Source of the DNA: Clostridiales bacterium
Lineage (GTDB): Bacteria; Bacillota; Clostridia; TANB77; CAG-508
Direction: 5' to 3'
Assembly: GCA_003525075.1 (NCBI GenBank)
Contig: DQFO01000014.1
Coordinates: 64,032-128,031 of the forward strand
DNA: 64,000 bases
Positions 28,470-38,443 of the stretch are shown here, in pieces (positions within the stretch are counted from its first letter, which is position 1; each line of letters begins with the position of its first letter). Under the pieces are notes generated by a model that searched no databases, had not been told where the DNA came from, and was given only the letters and a program-made list of their open reading frames with translations. The position numbers and the translations under genes are program-made.

Positions 28470-29396
28470 TTATTCATGTCTTCTATCAACTGCATAACTA
28501 CTTCCAATAATAGATTTTGCAACATGTTTTACTTGTGCTCCTATTTCACCTATTTCCAATATATTGGCAAATCTATCCTTATCTGCAATTACAGCTCCTA
28601 TAGAAATTGATGTTAAAGAAAATTGTTCTATAATTCCTTTTCTATTTGCAACCTCTATATATCCTTTTTCTAGATCCTCTTCAGTAAAGAATTTTGTTAC
28701 CCCTTCATCAAAGTTAGCAATTATTAATTGGCATATATTATCAACATCTAATGTTGGAACGATTGCTATAAAATCATCTCCACCTATATGCCCTATAAAA
28801 TAATTTTCCTTAAAACTTTGATGAATACATTTTAAAATTGTATCTGCTGTATATTCAATTATTTGATCTCCTTTTAAAAATCCATATACATCATTATATG
28901 CTTTAAAATTATCCAAATCTAAATATAAAACTGAAAATTCCTCTTTATTTGTAATTCTTTTCTTCAATTCTGCATGAATTTGTACATTTCCTGGTAAACC
29001 TGTTAATGGACTTATTCTTCTATTCATTTTCAATAATCTATCTAAGTTTTTTATTGTATAATACAAATATTCTGTATCAACTGGTTTTTTTATATAATAT
29101 TCAACTGATTGTTCTAAAACTTCTAATTTATGATATTTATCAGTATTTGATGACACAACAATTATTGGTGTTATTTGATTATCTTCATCTGTTCTTATCT
29201 GTTTACATAGGCCTGTAATATCTCTATCTATTGAATCTTCATTTATAATTATCAAAAAAGGTATATTTTTTAATGTTATATCTATTTGTTCAGTTTTTAC
29301 TCCAATAAATTTGAACTCTTTATCATTTCTAAATAATTCTTTAAAAATCGGAATAGATGATTCATCATCATCTATTACATATATATCTTGTGCCAT
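28470..29396 (-). CDS. Response-regulator-like diguanylate cyclase (REC-like N-domain plus GGDEF domain with a GGDDF variant motif)
   Basis: N-terminal receiver-like fold (YVIDDDES...IIINEDS). GGDEF domain (RISPLTGLPGN...HIGGDDFIAIV). Confidence 0.75.
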   Translation of the reverse strand: MAQDIYVIDDDESSIPIFKELFRNDKEFKFIGVKTEQIDITLKNIPFLIIINEDSIDRDITGLCKQIRTDEDNQITPIIVVSSNTDKYHKLEVLEQSVEYYIKKPVDTEYLYYTIKNLDRLLKMNRRISPLTGLPGNVQIHAELKKRITNKEEFSVLYLDLDNFKAYNDVYGFLKGDQIIEYTADTILKCIHQSFKENYFIGHIGGDDFIAIVPTLDVDNICQLIIANFDEGVTKFFTEEDLEKGYIEVANRKGIIEQFSLTSISIGAVIADKDRFANILEIGEIGAQVKHVAKSIIGSSYAVDRRHE

Positions 29397-29421
29397 ATTT
29401 TCCCTCGTTTCTTATTTTATT

Positions 29422-30393
29422 CTATGGTAAACTACATTGTGCCTTCTTTGAAGTTGTCAAATTCTCATTTGATGCCTCTATTATTAATTTATTATCAAAT
29501 CCTTTTTGTAGTACAATTTCTGTTGTATATTCACTTGAATTTACATCTATATTTACTTTTTCTTCATCATTTAAAGTTATTTTTACATTTTTTAGTATAA
29601 CTTCGTCTTTTATTGATATTGAATAATAAACATTTCCATCAAGCTTCTTTATCGCTTGAACTTTTATTTCTGGTACTTTTGCTCCAATTACTACTTGTGT
29701 TTTTTCTGTTTTTATTCCTTTATCATCTATTACTTCTATTTTTAGCGTATGTTTTCCAACTGGTGCTATAATTCTTTCTGAATATTGTGTTGAATTAACT
29801 TCTATTACTTTCTCTTGTTCATCATCCCATTTATATGATACTTTCTTTATTTTTTCAACTGATGTAACTGTTAATTTTACAGCATTATCCACATTATTTA
29901 AATCTATTTGTGCTAAATTACCTACAGTATATTCTTGTTCATATTCTACAAGATGATTCATTTCATCTGTTGCTTTTACAACTATCTTGTTTTTTCCTCC
30001 ATCCAATTTTACTGTAGTTTTTATATCTTGTTGATTATTTCCTTCAATAACTTTTTCATCTTGATTGTTTAGTGTATATATAACTTGTGTTATTCCTTTT
30101 GGATGGTGAACTGAAATGTCAACAGAACTTTCATCTTCATTAAAACTAAAATTAACTACTGGTGTTGCATTTTCTTCAATATTTTTATTTATTTTGTCTT
30201 TTGCATATATACTTCCAGCAATAATACATATCCCTAAAATTAATATACTTATTGCAAAAAAGATTACTATTTTATTTATTTCAATAACTGATTTTTCTTT
30301 ATATACTTTTTGTTTTTTATTTTGATTATAATTTCCATAGTTTATATTATTATTTTTGAATTGTTCTTCACCTGTATCTAATATTTGATTCAT
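29422..30393 (-). CDS. Single-pass membrane protein with three tandem beta-sandwich (Ig-like) repeats; co-operonic with the GGDEF gene
   Basis: N-terminal transmembrane segment (IVIFFAISILILGICIIAGSIYA), then three repeats of about 75 aa. Confidence 0.5.
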   Translation of the reverse strand: MNQILDTGEEQFKNNNINYGNYNQNKKQKVYKEKSVIEINKIVIFFAISILILGICIIAGSIYAKDKINKNIEENATPVVNFSFNEDESSVDISVHHPKGITQVIYTLNNQDEKVIEGNNQQDIKTTVKLDGGKNKIVVKATDEMNHLVEYEQEYTVGNLAQIDLNNVDNAVKLTVTSVEKIKKVSYKWDDEQEKVIEVNSTQYSERIIAPVGKHTLKIEVIDDKGIKTEKTQVVIGAKVPEIKVQAIKKLDGNVYYSISIKDEVILKNVKITLNDEEKVNIDVNSSEYTTEIVLQKGFDNKLIIEASNENLTTSKKAQCSLP

Positions 30394-30504
30394 TTTTTCA
30401 CCTCATGTTTTTTTATTTCTATGTTGAATTATAACATATTGATTTTTAGTTGTAAATAGTAAGATTTAATAAAATTTTTTCCTATTTTATTATTATTACA
30501 CAAA

Positions 30505-30547
30505 TCAAAAGACTAGATTATTGTAAATCTAGTCTTTTGATTTTATT
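30505..30547. terminator. Intrinsic terminator downstream of ldh
   Basis: Perfect 14-bp stem TCAAAAGACTAGAT / ATCTAGTCTTTTGA with an 8-nt loop, then TTTTATT. Confidence 0.6.
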
Positions 30548-31499
30548 GTTTTAACATTGGATCAATTTCATTTTTTATATTTTCTTTCATTATATCACAA
30601 CTATGATCAAATTTTGCTTGATCTTCATTGCTAAGTTTTAATTTCAATATTTCTTTTACACCATTTTTATTTATTATTGCTGGAACTCCTATATATAAAC
30701 CTTCTTGTTCATATTCTCCATTTTGATATGTTGAAACTGTTAATATTGCATTTTCGTCATTTAAAACTGCTTTCACTAATCTATTTAATGCCATACCAAT
30801 TCCATAATATGTTGCTCTCTTTTTATCAATTATTTCATATGCTGCTTTCCATACTCCATCATGAATTTTCTTTAAATCTTCCATTGGATAATTATTGTCT
30901 TCCATAATATCAACCATTTTTTTACATCCAACATAGCAATGCTCCCATGGAACAAATGATGAATCACCATGTTCTCCTAATATATATGCATGTACATTTT
31001 TACTTGAAACATCTAAGTATTCTGCAATTAAATATCTTAAACGTGCTGTATCTAATACTGTTCCAGATCCTATTACCTTTGATGTTGGTAAACCTGACAC
31101 TTTTGAAACAACATATGACATTAAGTCTACTGGGTTACTTGCAATTATAAATACTCCATTAAATCCACTCGCCATTACTTGTTCTGTTATTTCTTTTACT
31201 ATTTTTGTATTAGCTACTGCTAATTCTAATCTAGATTGTCCTGGTTTTTGTGGTAATCCAGCTGTTATAACAACTACATTAGCATCTTTACATTCAGAAT
31301 AATCTCCTGCTTTTATTGTCATTTTTTGTGGGGCATATGGTAATCCATGTGATAAATCCATTTCCTCACCTTTTGCTTTATCTTTTAATACATCTATTAG
31401 TACAAGTTCATCTACTCCTCCTTGGTTTAGCATTGCATATGCCATACTCATTCCAACAAAACCTGTTCCTACTAATACTACTTTTTTATTTGTATCCAT
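30543..31499 (-). CDS. ldh: L-lactate dehydrogenase
   Basis: VVLVGTGFVGMSMAY dinucleotide fold, catalytic region, LDH-specific motifs. Start chosen at MDTNKK (31499). Confidence 0.9.
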   Translation of the reverse strand: MDTNKKVVLVGTGFVGMSMAYAMLNQGGVDELVLIDVLKDKAKGEEMDLSHGLPYAPQKMTIKAGDYSECKDANVVVITAGLPQKPGQSRLELAVANTKIVKEITEQVMASGFNGVFIIASNPVDLMSYVVSKVSGLPTSKVIGSGTVLDTARLRYLIAEYLDVSSKNVHAYILGEHGDSSFVPWEHCYVGCKKMVDIMEDNNYPMEDLKKIHDGVWKAAYEIIDKKRATYYGIGMALNRLVKAVLNDENAILTVSTYQNGEYEQEGLYIGVPAIINKNGVKEILKLKLSNEDQAKFDHSCDIMKENIKNEIDPMLKQ

Positions 31500-31562
31500 A
31501 AAAATCACATTCCTTTCCCATTTGTTTTTGAACATTATAATTATAGCACATATCACTAATTT

Positions 31563-33266
31563 TTAAACTATTTTTTTATTAAATTCTTTTAATTTTTCTT
31601 CAACTTCACTTGTAGTTCCTAACTTTAATATTTCTTCTGCTAATTTTTCACATTCTTTTTTATCTAACATATTAACAATTTTTCTTGAATTTAATATTTT
31701 ATTAGGATTCATTGAAAATTCATCTAATCCTAACCCCACTAATAATGGTATTAATAATTCATCACTAGCTGCTTCTCCACACATTCCGCAAAATATTCCA
31801 GCCTTATGTGCCCCATCTATTGATGATTTTATTAATCTTATAACTGCTGGATGATATTTTGAATATAAATTTGATATTTTTTCATTTCCTCTTTCTACTG
31901 CAACGGTGTATTGAATTAAATCGTTTGTTCCTATACTAAAGAAATCACATTCTTTTGCAATTTCTTCTGCAATAATTGCTACAGATGGTATTTCTACCAT
32001 TATTCCTGTTTTTATATCTTTTTTATATTCTTTTCCTTCATTATCTAATTCTTTCTTACATTCTTCTACAACTGCTTTTGCTCTTCTTAATTCTTCTATT
32101 GAAGAAATCATTGGAAACATTATTGCAATATTTCCATATGCACTTGCTCTTAATAATGCTCTTATTTGTGGCTTAAATATTTCAGGATTATCTAGGCATA
32201 ATCTAATTGCTCTATATCCTAAAAATGGATTTGCTTCTTTTTCCATTTTTAAATATTTAATTTCTTTATCTCCTCCAACATCTAGTGTTCTTATTATTAC
32301 TTGTTTTCCTTGCATTTTTTCAGCAACTTCTTTATATGAATTAAATTGTTCTTCTTCTGTTGGCATTTCTTCACTATCCATATATAAAAATTCACTTCTT
32401 AATAATCCAATTCCTTCTGCTGTATTTTTTAAAACTAATTCCACATCTGCTGGTGTTCCTATGTTTGATACAAGTTCAACTTTAAATCCATCTTTTGTCT
32501 TACTTTCTGAATTTTTATATTTTTCTAATTCAACTTTACTTTCAATAAAATCTTTTTGGATTTTTATTAAATTTTGTTGTTGTTCTTCTGTTGGATTTTC
32601 AAAGATTTCTCCACTTCCTCCATTTATGGCTACATATTCTCCATTTTTTAATATTGTTGTTGCATTTTCTACTTTTGTTACTGCTGGAAGCAAATGAGTT
32701 CTTGCCATAATTGATGTATGAGAATTTTCTCCACCAACTTCTGTAATTATTCCTGATATATTCTTAAAATCTAATTTTGCTGTATCTGATGTTGTAAGTT
32801 CTTTTGCAACTATTATTGTATTATTTTTTAATTTACTCAAATCTATCTTTTCTTCATTATATAATTTTGATATTATTCTATCTTTTATATCTGCAATATC
32901 TCTAGCTCTTCCAGACATATATTCATCATCCATATTTTCAAATATTTGTATTACAGAATTAAATCCCATTTCTGTGGCATATTCTGCATTTATTTTTGAA
33001 TTTTTAATTTGACTTTCTGTTTCTAAAATTAATGATGGATCTTGCATAATCATCAAATATGCTGTCATAATTTCTTTTTCTGTTCCTCTTGCCTTTTCTA
33101 CAATTTGATTAGTTTCATTTATTACCTCTTCTAGAGCTTTATGAAATCGTTCTAATTCTTTATCTGAATCTTCTACAATATTTTTTTCTATTTTTCTTAT
33201 TTCATTTTTCAAAATAACAATATTTCCAAAACCAATACCTACAGAAACTCCTTTTCCTTTTATCAT
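31563..33266 (-). CDS. ptsI: Phosphoenolpyruvate-protein phosphotransferase (PTS enzyme I)
   Basis: GGENSHTSIMAR active-site His region and a C-terminal PEP-utilising domain. Start chosen at the second ATG (33266), which is preceded by AGGAAGGA. Confidence 0.9.
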   Translation of the reverse strand: MIKGKGVSVGIGFGNIVILKNEIRKIEKNIVEDSDKELERFHKALEEVINETNQIVEKARGTEKEIMTAYLMIMQDPSLILETESQIKNSKINAEYATEMGFNSVIQIFENMDDEYMSGRARDIADIKDRIISKLYNEEKIDLSKLKNNTIIVAKELTTSDTAKLDFKNISGIITEVGGENSHTSIMARTHLLPAVTKVENATTILKNGEYVAINGGSGEIFENPTEEQQQNLIKIQKDFIESKVELEKYKNSESKTKDGFKVELVSNIGTPADVELVLKNTAEGIGLLRSEFLYMDSEEMPTEEEQFNSYKEVAEKMQGKQVIIRTLDVGGDKEIKYLKMEKEANPFLGYRAIRLCLDNPEIFKPQIRALLRASAYGNIAIMFPMISSIEELRRAKAVVEECKKELDNEGKEYKKDIKTGIMVEIPSVAIIAEEIAKECDFFSIGTNDLIQYTVAVERGNEKISNLYSKYHPAVIRLIKSSIDGAHKAGIFCGMCGEAASDELLIPLLVGLGLDEFSMNPNKILNSRKIVNMLDKKECEKLAEEILKLGTTSEVEEKLKEFNKKIV

Positions 33267-33293
33267 TTTTATCACATTCCTTCCTAACATATT

Positions 33294-33325
33294 AAATGCC
33301 TATAATAAAATTATTATAGGCATTT
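33294..33325. promoter_or_regulatory. Perfect 15-bp hairpin in the ptsH-ptsI spacer (possible attenuator or processing stem)
   Basis: AAATGCCTATAATAA-aa-TTATTATAGGCATTT. Confidence 0.4.
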
Positions 33326-33329
33326 TTTA

Positions 33330-33593
33330 TTATTCTCCAAAGTTATTTTCAAAAGCTTGTAAAAGCTCTTTCATTGCAGATTCTTCGTCTGCTCCATCAC
33401 ATTGAATTTCAATTTCTGTACTTGATTTAATTCCAGCTGCCATAATATTTAAGATTGATTTTGCATTAATTGTTTTTCCATTTGCAATTAAGCTTATTGT
33501 ACTTTGATATTTTGATGCGATTTTTACTATTTCTGATGCAGGTCTTGCATGTAAACCTGTTTCATTTTTTAATGTAATTTTTTCTGTTTTCAT
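33330..33593 (-). CDS. ptsH: Phosphocarrier protein HPr
   Basis: 87 aa. GLHARPAS around His15; Ser46 region KSIL. Confidence 0.9.
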   Translation of the reverse strand: MKTEKITLKNETGLHARPASEIVKIASKYQSTISLIANGKTINAKSILNIMAAGIKSSTEIEIQCDGADEESAMKELLQAFENNFGE

Positions 33594-33613
33594 ATTTTAT
33601 CTCATTCCTTCCA

Positions 33614-35536
33614 TTATTTTTTATCATATTCAGGTAAGTTTTTCTTTAATTTTGCCATAATCATAGTTGATACAACTGTTCCTACAGCAATTGCTAATAA
33701 ATATAATAAAGGATGTCCTATTGTTGCTACAACAAATATTCCTCCGTGTGGTGCCATCAATGTACAATTAAATATCATTGATAATGCCCCTGTTACTGCT
33801 GAACCAACAACAAATGCTGGTAATGTTCTTAATGGATCTGCAGATGCAAATGGTATTGCACCTTCTGATATAAATGAAAGTCCCATTATATAATTAACAT
33901 ATGCTGCTTGTTTATCTTTTTTAGATATTTTCTTTGGAAATGCTGTTGCTAAAAATGCGATTGCAAGTGGTGGTACCATTCCTCCAGCCATTACTGCTGC
34001 CATTATTTCATATTGACCTGATGCTAACATTCCTGTTCCAAATGTATATGCTGCTTTATTAATAGGTCCTCCTAGGTCTATTGCCATCATTCCACCTAAG
34101 ATTGCGCCTAAAACAACTTTATTTGCAGTTCCCATTGATGATAAGTAATTATTTATTGCTGTATTTATTGCTCCAACATATGGGTTAATTAATAACATAA
34201 ATGCTCCAATAAGTAAAATTCCAAATACTGGATATAATAAGATTGTTTTTATTCCCTCTATACTGTCTGGTAAATAACTGCAAATTTTCTTTAATAATAT
34301 TACAATATATCCACCAACAAAACCTGCTATTAAAGCTCCTAAAAATCCTGAACTTACAAGTACAACTGAACTATCTGTTAATGATGCAAATGTTGTTCCT
34401 TGAACTGCTAAAATTCCTCCAACAAATCCAACTGCTAAACCTGGTCTATCTGCAATACTCATTGCTATATACCCAGCCAATATATATAACATTACATTAA
34501 ATGCTGCTCCTCCGACTGTTTTAAAGAATGCAGCTACTGGTGTATTCATACCAAAATTAGATGGATTTATTGAATAATCATCTAATAAAAATGCTATTGC
34601 AATTAAAATACCTCCACCTACAACAAATGGTAACATATGTGTAACACCATTCATTAAATGTTTGTATATTTTTGTTCCAAATCCTTCTTTTTCATCTGAA
34701 TCACTATTTTGAGATTTATTGCTTGAATGATATATTTTTGCATCACTTGATAATACACGTTCTATTAACTCTTGTGGTCTATTAATTCCATCTGCAACTT
34801 TTGCCTTTATTAATTTTTTGCCATCAAATCTTGACAAATCAATCTTTGTGTCTGCAGCAATTATTACTGCTTTTGCATTTTTTATTTCTTCTTTTGTAAA
34901 TTTATTTTTCACACCTGAAGAACCATGTGTTTCTACTTTTACTTTATGTCCTAATTGTTCTCCCATTTTTTCTAATGCTTCTGCTGCCATATATGTATGA
35001 GCAATTCCTGTAGGACATGATGTAATAGCTAATATTTCATATTCATCATTTTTCTTTGTTTGTGATAATTTTGCATTTTCTGCAATATCTATATATCTTA
35101 GAAATTCTTCTGGAGTTTTTGCTTCCATTAGAGACTTCCTAAATTCTGTATCCATCAATAATGTTGATAATCTACTTAATACATCTAAATGTACATTATC
35201 TTTTGTATTTGGTGCGGCAATTAAAAATAATAATTTTGCAGGCTGTCCATCTAATGAATCAAATTCTACTCCATCATTTATTACCATTGCTGATAATCCT
35301 GGTTTTGAAACTGCATCTGTTTTTCCATGTGGTATTGCAATTCCTTCTCCAATTCCTGTTGACCCTTCTTCTTCTCTTTTTAATACAACTTGTGTGTATT
35401 TTTCTTTGTCTGTTAAGTTTCCATTTTTCGCCATTAAATCTACTAATTTATTAATAGCATCTTGTTTACTATTTGCTATGCCATTTAATTTTATAGCATC
35501 TTTGCTAAGTAAATCTGTAATTTTCATAACATTCAT
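33614..35536 (-). CDS. fruA: PTS fructose-specific EIIABC component
   Basis: 640 aa. N-terminal IIA(Fru) domain (GIAIPHG), IIB domain (ITSCPTGIAHTYMAAE), and a polytopic IIC domain. Confidence 0.85.
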   Translation of the reverse strand: MNVMKITDLLSKDAIKLNGIANSKQDAINKLVDLMAKNGNLTDKEKYTQVVLKREEEGSTGIGEGIAIPHGKTDAVSKPGLSAMVINDGVEFDSLDGQPAKLLFLIAAPNTKDNVHLDVLSRLSTLLMDTEFRKSLMEAKTPEEFLRYIDIAENAKLSQTKKNDEYEILAITSCPTGIAHTYMAAEALEKMGEQLGHKVKVETHGSSGVKNKFTKEEIKNAKAVIIAADTKIDLSRFDGKKLIKAKVADGINRPQELIERVLSSDAKIYHSSNKSQNSDSDEKEGFGTKIYKHLMNGVTHMLPFVVGGGILIAIAFLLDDYSINPSNFGMNTPVAAFFKTVGGAAFNVMLYILAGYIAMSIADRPGLAVGFVGGILAVQGTTFASLTDSSVVLVSSGFLGALIAGFVGGYIVILLKKICSYLPDSIEGIKTILLYPVFGILLIGAFMLLINPYVGAINTAINNYLSSMGTANKVVLGAILGGMMAIDLGGPINKAAYTFGTGMLASGQYEIMAAVMAGGMVPPLAIAFLATAFPKKISKKDKQAAYVNYIMGLSFISEGAIPFASADPLRTLPAFVVGSAVTGALSMIFNCTLMAPHGGIFVVATIGHPLLYLLAIAVGTVVSTMIMAKLKKNLPEYDKK

Positions 35537-35600
35537 CCTTTCTTTAGTTTTTCTATATAAAGACCTTTAAGCTATATCTTAAAGAATTTTATAAACTTAT

Positions 35601-36542
35601 TTATATTTTTTCTATAGTAATTTGTTTTAATAATCCATTAATTTCTTCATTCATTGCCAATCCTGCTGAAAAAGCTGTTGCACTTCCTGATGCAATTCCT
35701 AATTTTAGAGCTTCTTTGTAATCTTTTTTTTTCAAATATCCTGCTACAAAACCAGCAACCATTGAGTCTCCTGCACCCACTGTATTTATAACTTGTCCTT
35801 TTGGTGTATTTGAATAATATACTTCGTTTTTTTCTGTAAGTAATATTGCTCCATCTCCACCAAGTGATATAAGTACATTTTGAGCACCTTTTTCTTGAAG
35901 CTTTTTAGCATAAATTATTATTTCTTCTTTTGTTTCTATTTTTGTATTAAATGTTTCTTCTAATTCTTCTTTATTTGGTTTTATAAAAAATGGTTTATAT
36001 TTTAAGCAATTCATTAATAATTTTTGCGATGCATCTACTACAAATTTTACATTCTTTCCATCTAATTCTTTACATATTATTTCATATATATTTTCATTTA
36101 TACATTTTGGAATATTTCCAGATAATATTACTATATCATTTGAATTAATATTTTGTATTTTCTGTAACAATTTTTCAATATCATTTTCTGTAATTTCTGG
36201 TCCATTACCATTTAATGCTGTCTCACTTTCTTGTATTAATGAATTTTTTTCTAATGAGCTAATCTTTACATTTATTCTAGTATATCCTCTGTTCGTTTCA
36301 ATAAATTCCGTTTCTATATTATATTGTCGTATTTTTCTTTCTAATTCTTTTCCAGTAAATCCTGCTATAAAAGAAAGTGCCGTATTTTCTATTCCTAATC
36401 TTTTTAAAATTATTGACACATTTAACCCTTTTCCTCCGGCTAATATATTTTCTGATTTTGTTCTATTTATTTTTCCTATTTCAAATTTTTCAACTTGTAC
36501 TGTATAGTCTAAAGCAGGATTAAATGTTATTGTATATATCAT
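35601..36542 (-). CDS. fruK: 1-phosphofructokinase (PfkB family)
   Basis: Ribokinase-fold motifs (GGKGLN; VGAGDSMVAG). Adjacent to fruA. Confidence 0.85.
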   Translation of the reverse strand: MIYTITFNPALDYTVQVEKFEIGKINRTKSENILAGGKGLNVSIILKRLGIENTALSFIAGFTGKELERKIRQYNIETEFIETNRGYTRINVKISSLEKNSLIQESETALNGNGPEITENDIEKLLQKIQNINSNDIVILSGNIPKCINENIYEIICKELDGKNVKFVVDASQKLLMNCLKYKPFFIKPNKEELEETFNTKIETKEEIIIYAKKLQEKGAQNVLISLGGDGAILLTEKNEVYYSNTPKGQVINTVGAGDSMVAGFVAGYLKKKDYKEALKLGIASGSATAFSAGLAMNEEINGLLKQITIEKI

Positions 36543-36633
36543 ATTTTCACATTCCTTTCCTCTTTTGTTCTCATTTCCAATTTGATAATATCATAATCTT
36601 ATTTTTTTTACAATAGATTTTTTCATTTTAGAC

Positions 36634-36674
36634 CTAAAAAAAGAACCACAATTTTTCAATATAATTGTGATTCC
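36634..36674 (-). terminator. Intrinsic terminator after the carD-like gene
   Basis: Stem GAATCACAATT / AATTGTGGTTC with one mismatch, followed on the minus strand by TTTTTTT. Confidence 0.55.
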
Positions 36675-36688
36675 GACTTTTTTCTTTT

Positions 36689-37252
36689 TTATCCGTTAAA
36701 TGGTATAAATTTATTTACTATACTTCCTGCTGATGCTTTTCCAATTTCTCCATCATCTGTTCTAAACATTGCATATGAAGAATTTATTTTACTATCTATT
36801 AATTCTTCTACTTCATTTTGTGTTGAATTTTCTGCAAAAACAAGTTCGCTTACAAGTATTTGTTTTGCATTATATAACATTTTCTTTTCACCTGTTGATA
36901 AACCTTTTTCTTTTTGTTTAAAACTTAAATTTCTGACAACATCTGCGATTTCATAAATGTTTCCACTTTTCATTTTGTCCATATTTTCTCTATAACGTTT
37001 ATTCCAATTCTTTTCCATTTCTGTTTCATCTTGTTCTAATACTGACATAACTTTTTGTGCTTCTTCTTTATTTATTACACTTCTTATACCATGTTCTTCA
37101 GCTGTTGCTGTTGGTATCATTACCTTAACTTCTCCAGGCATTTCTAATATATAATATGATTGTTTTTCCTCCATTACTTCTCTTTCTTCTATTGCTACAA
37201 TTCTTCCTGCTCCATGCATTGGGTATACAACTTCGTCTCCTACATTATACAT
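36689..37252 (-). CDS. CarD/CdnL-family RNA polymerase-binding transcription factor
   Basis: MYNVGDEVVYPMHGAGRIVAIEE matches the CarD_CdnL_TRCF N-domain. Start moved to the internal ATG preceded by AGGAGAG. Confidence 0.7.
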   Translation of the reverse strand: MYNVGDEVVYPMHGAGRIVAIEEREVMEEKQSYYILEMPGEVKVMIPTATAEEHGIRSVINKEEAQKVMSVLEQDETEMEKNWNKRYRENMDKMKSGNIYEIADVVRNLSFKQKEKGLSTGEKKMLYNAKQILVSELVFAENSTQNEVEELIDSKINSSYAMFRTDDGEIGKASAGSIVNKFIPFNG

Positions 37253-37341
37253 GTCTTTCTCTCCTCTCAGTAAATTTATTTGGCATATTTCAATCATAAA
37301 ATTTTTTTTTTAGATTTTTTTAACCTTCTTTATTATACCAC

Positions 37342-37377
37342 AAAAAATGGCAAAAGTCAAAGCATTTGCCATTTTTT
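37342..37377. terminator. Bidirectional intrinsic terminator after dut
   Basis: AAATGGCAAA-agtcaaagca-TTTGCCATTT, flanked by an A6 run and a T6 run. Confidence 0.65.
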
Positions 37378-37403
37378 CTAATTTTTTTATTGCTAATTTT
37401 AAA

Positions 37404-37865
37404 CTAATTGGTAGATCCAAATCCACCATTTCTTTCACCATTTGCAGTATCATTATCTGCCACAAGATATGGTGTAAATATTGCCTGACCTATTCTGTCA
37501 CCTTTTTTTATTTCTATATCTTCATCTTTTATATTATAAAAAGCAAACATTATATGTCCATCATTATCTTCATTTCCATAATAATCTTTATCTACAATTC
37601 CAATACTATTTGCTAATATTAATCCTTTTTTTCCTGGATTAGAACTTCTATTTACTAACATTAAATATTCATTATCTTGCATATATGCTTTTATACCTGT
37701 TTTTACTAATGTAGGTTTCATACCTTTCTTAAAGCTTGGAATTATAACATCTTCTGCTGATTCTACATCATATCCAGCTGAATATTTTGTCTTTCTTTCT
37801 GGTAAATTTATTCCATTATTTTCAAATCCTTTTGCTATCTCAAATCCTCTAATTCTTTTCATCAT
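37404..37865 (-). CDS. dut: dUTP diphosphatase
   Basis: dUTPase motifs (SAGYDV; IGIVDKDYYGNEDNDGHIMF). Confidence 0.85.
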   Translation of the reverse strand: MMKRIRGFEIAKGFENNGINLPERKTKYSAGYDVESAEDVIIPSFKKGMKPTLVKTGIKAYMQDNEYLMLVNRSSNPGKKGLILANSIGIVDKDYYGNEDNDGHIMFAFYNIKDEDIEIKKGDRIGQAIFTPYLVADNDTANGERNGGFGSTN

Positions 37866-37884
37866 TTTTTCCTTTCATTTGTTT

Positions 37885-38412
37885 TTATTTTCCATTTACT
37901 TTTATCATTCCAGTACTACTTGCTGCTATTGTATATTGACCTGCATTTGTAAAGCTTAAAAGAGAACCTTTTAATGTTTGTGCTTGTGTTGTATTTGTAT
38001 TTTTTACATTTACTACAATTCTATCTCCTTCTTTTAAACTTATCTCACCAGTTGTTGAACTTTCTAATTGTTCTAATACTTGTGTTGTATATTCTGAATA
38101 ATAAACATTTTCACCAATTTTGGTATAATTTGCTTGTGTTGTTTTCTTCCCAGGGTTTTCATCTAAATGTTGTACTTCCATTTCAACATTATATGTATTT
38201 CCTGTTGCTGCTAGAGAATTTTCTAATGATTGGTATTTTGCTTGTGATATTATTCCTGTATTTTGTACATCTGTTACAAATTCATTTACTAATAATTCTA
38301 CATTTTCTTGAACCACATTATCATTTCTTTCTGTTAATGAAACTAGTGGTGCTACGAATAGTAATGTTGCTGCTAAACATATTGCTATTACTGTTGTTGT
38401 TGTATTTTGCAT
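37885..38412 (-). CDS. Hypothetical exported or membrane-anchored protein (175 aa)
   Basis: N-terminal hydrophobic segment TTVIAICLAATLLFVAPLV, then a Thr/Asn/Gln-rich domain. Immediately downstream of the KAP NTPase. Confidence 0.5.
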   Translation of the reverse strand: MQNTTTTVIAICLAATLLFVAPLVSLTERNDNVVQENVELLVNEFVTDVQNTGIISQAKYQSLENSLAATGNTYNVEMEVQHLDENPGKKTTQANYTKIGENVYYSEYTTQVLEQLESSTTGEISLKEGDRIVVNVKNTNTTQAQTLKGSLLSFTNAGQYTIAASSTGMIKVNGK

Positions 38413-38443
38413 AAAATCACATCCTTTCTTATTTTATTAAACA

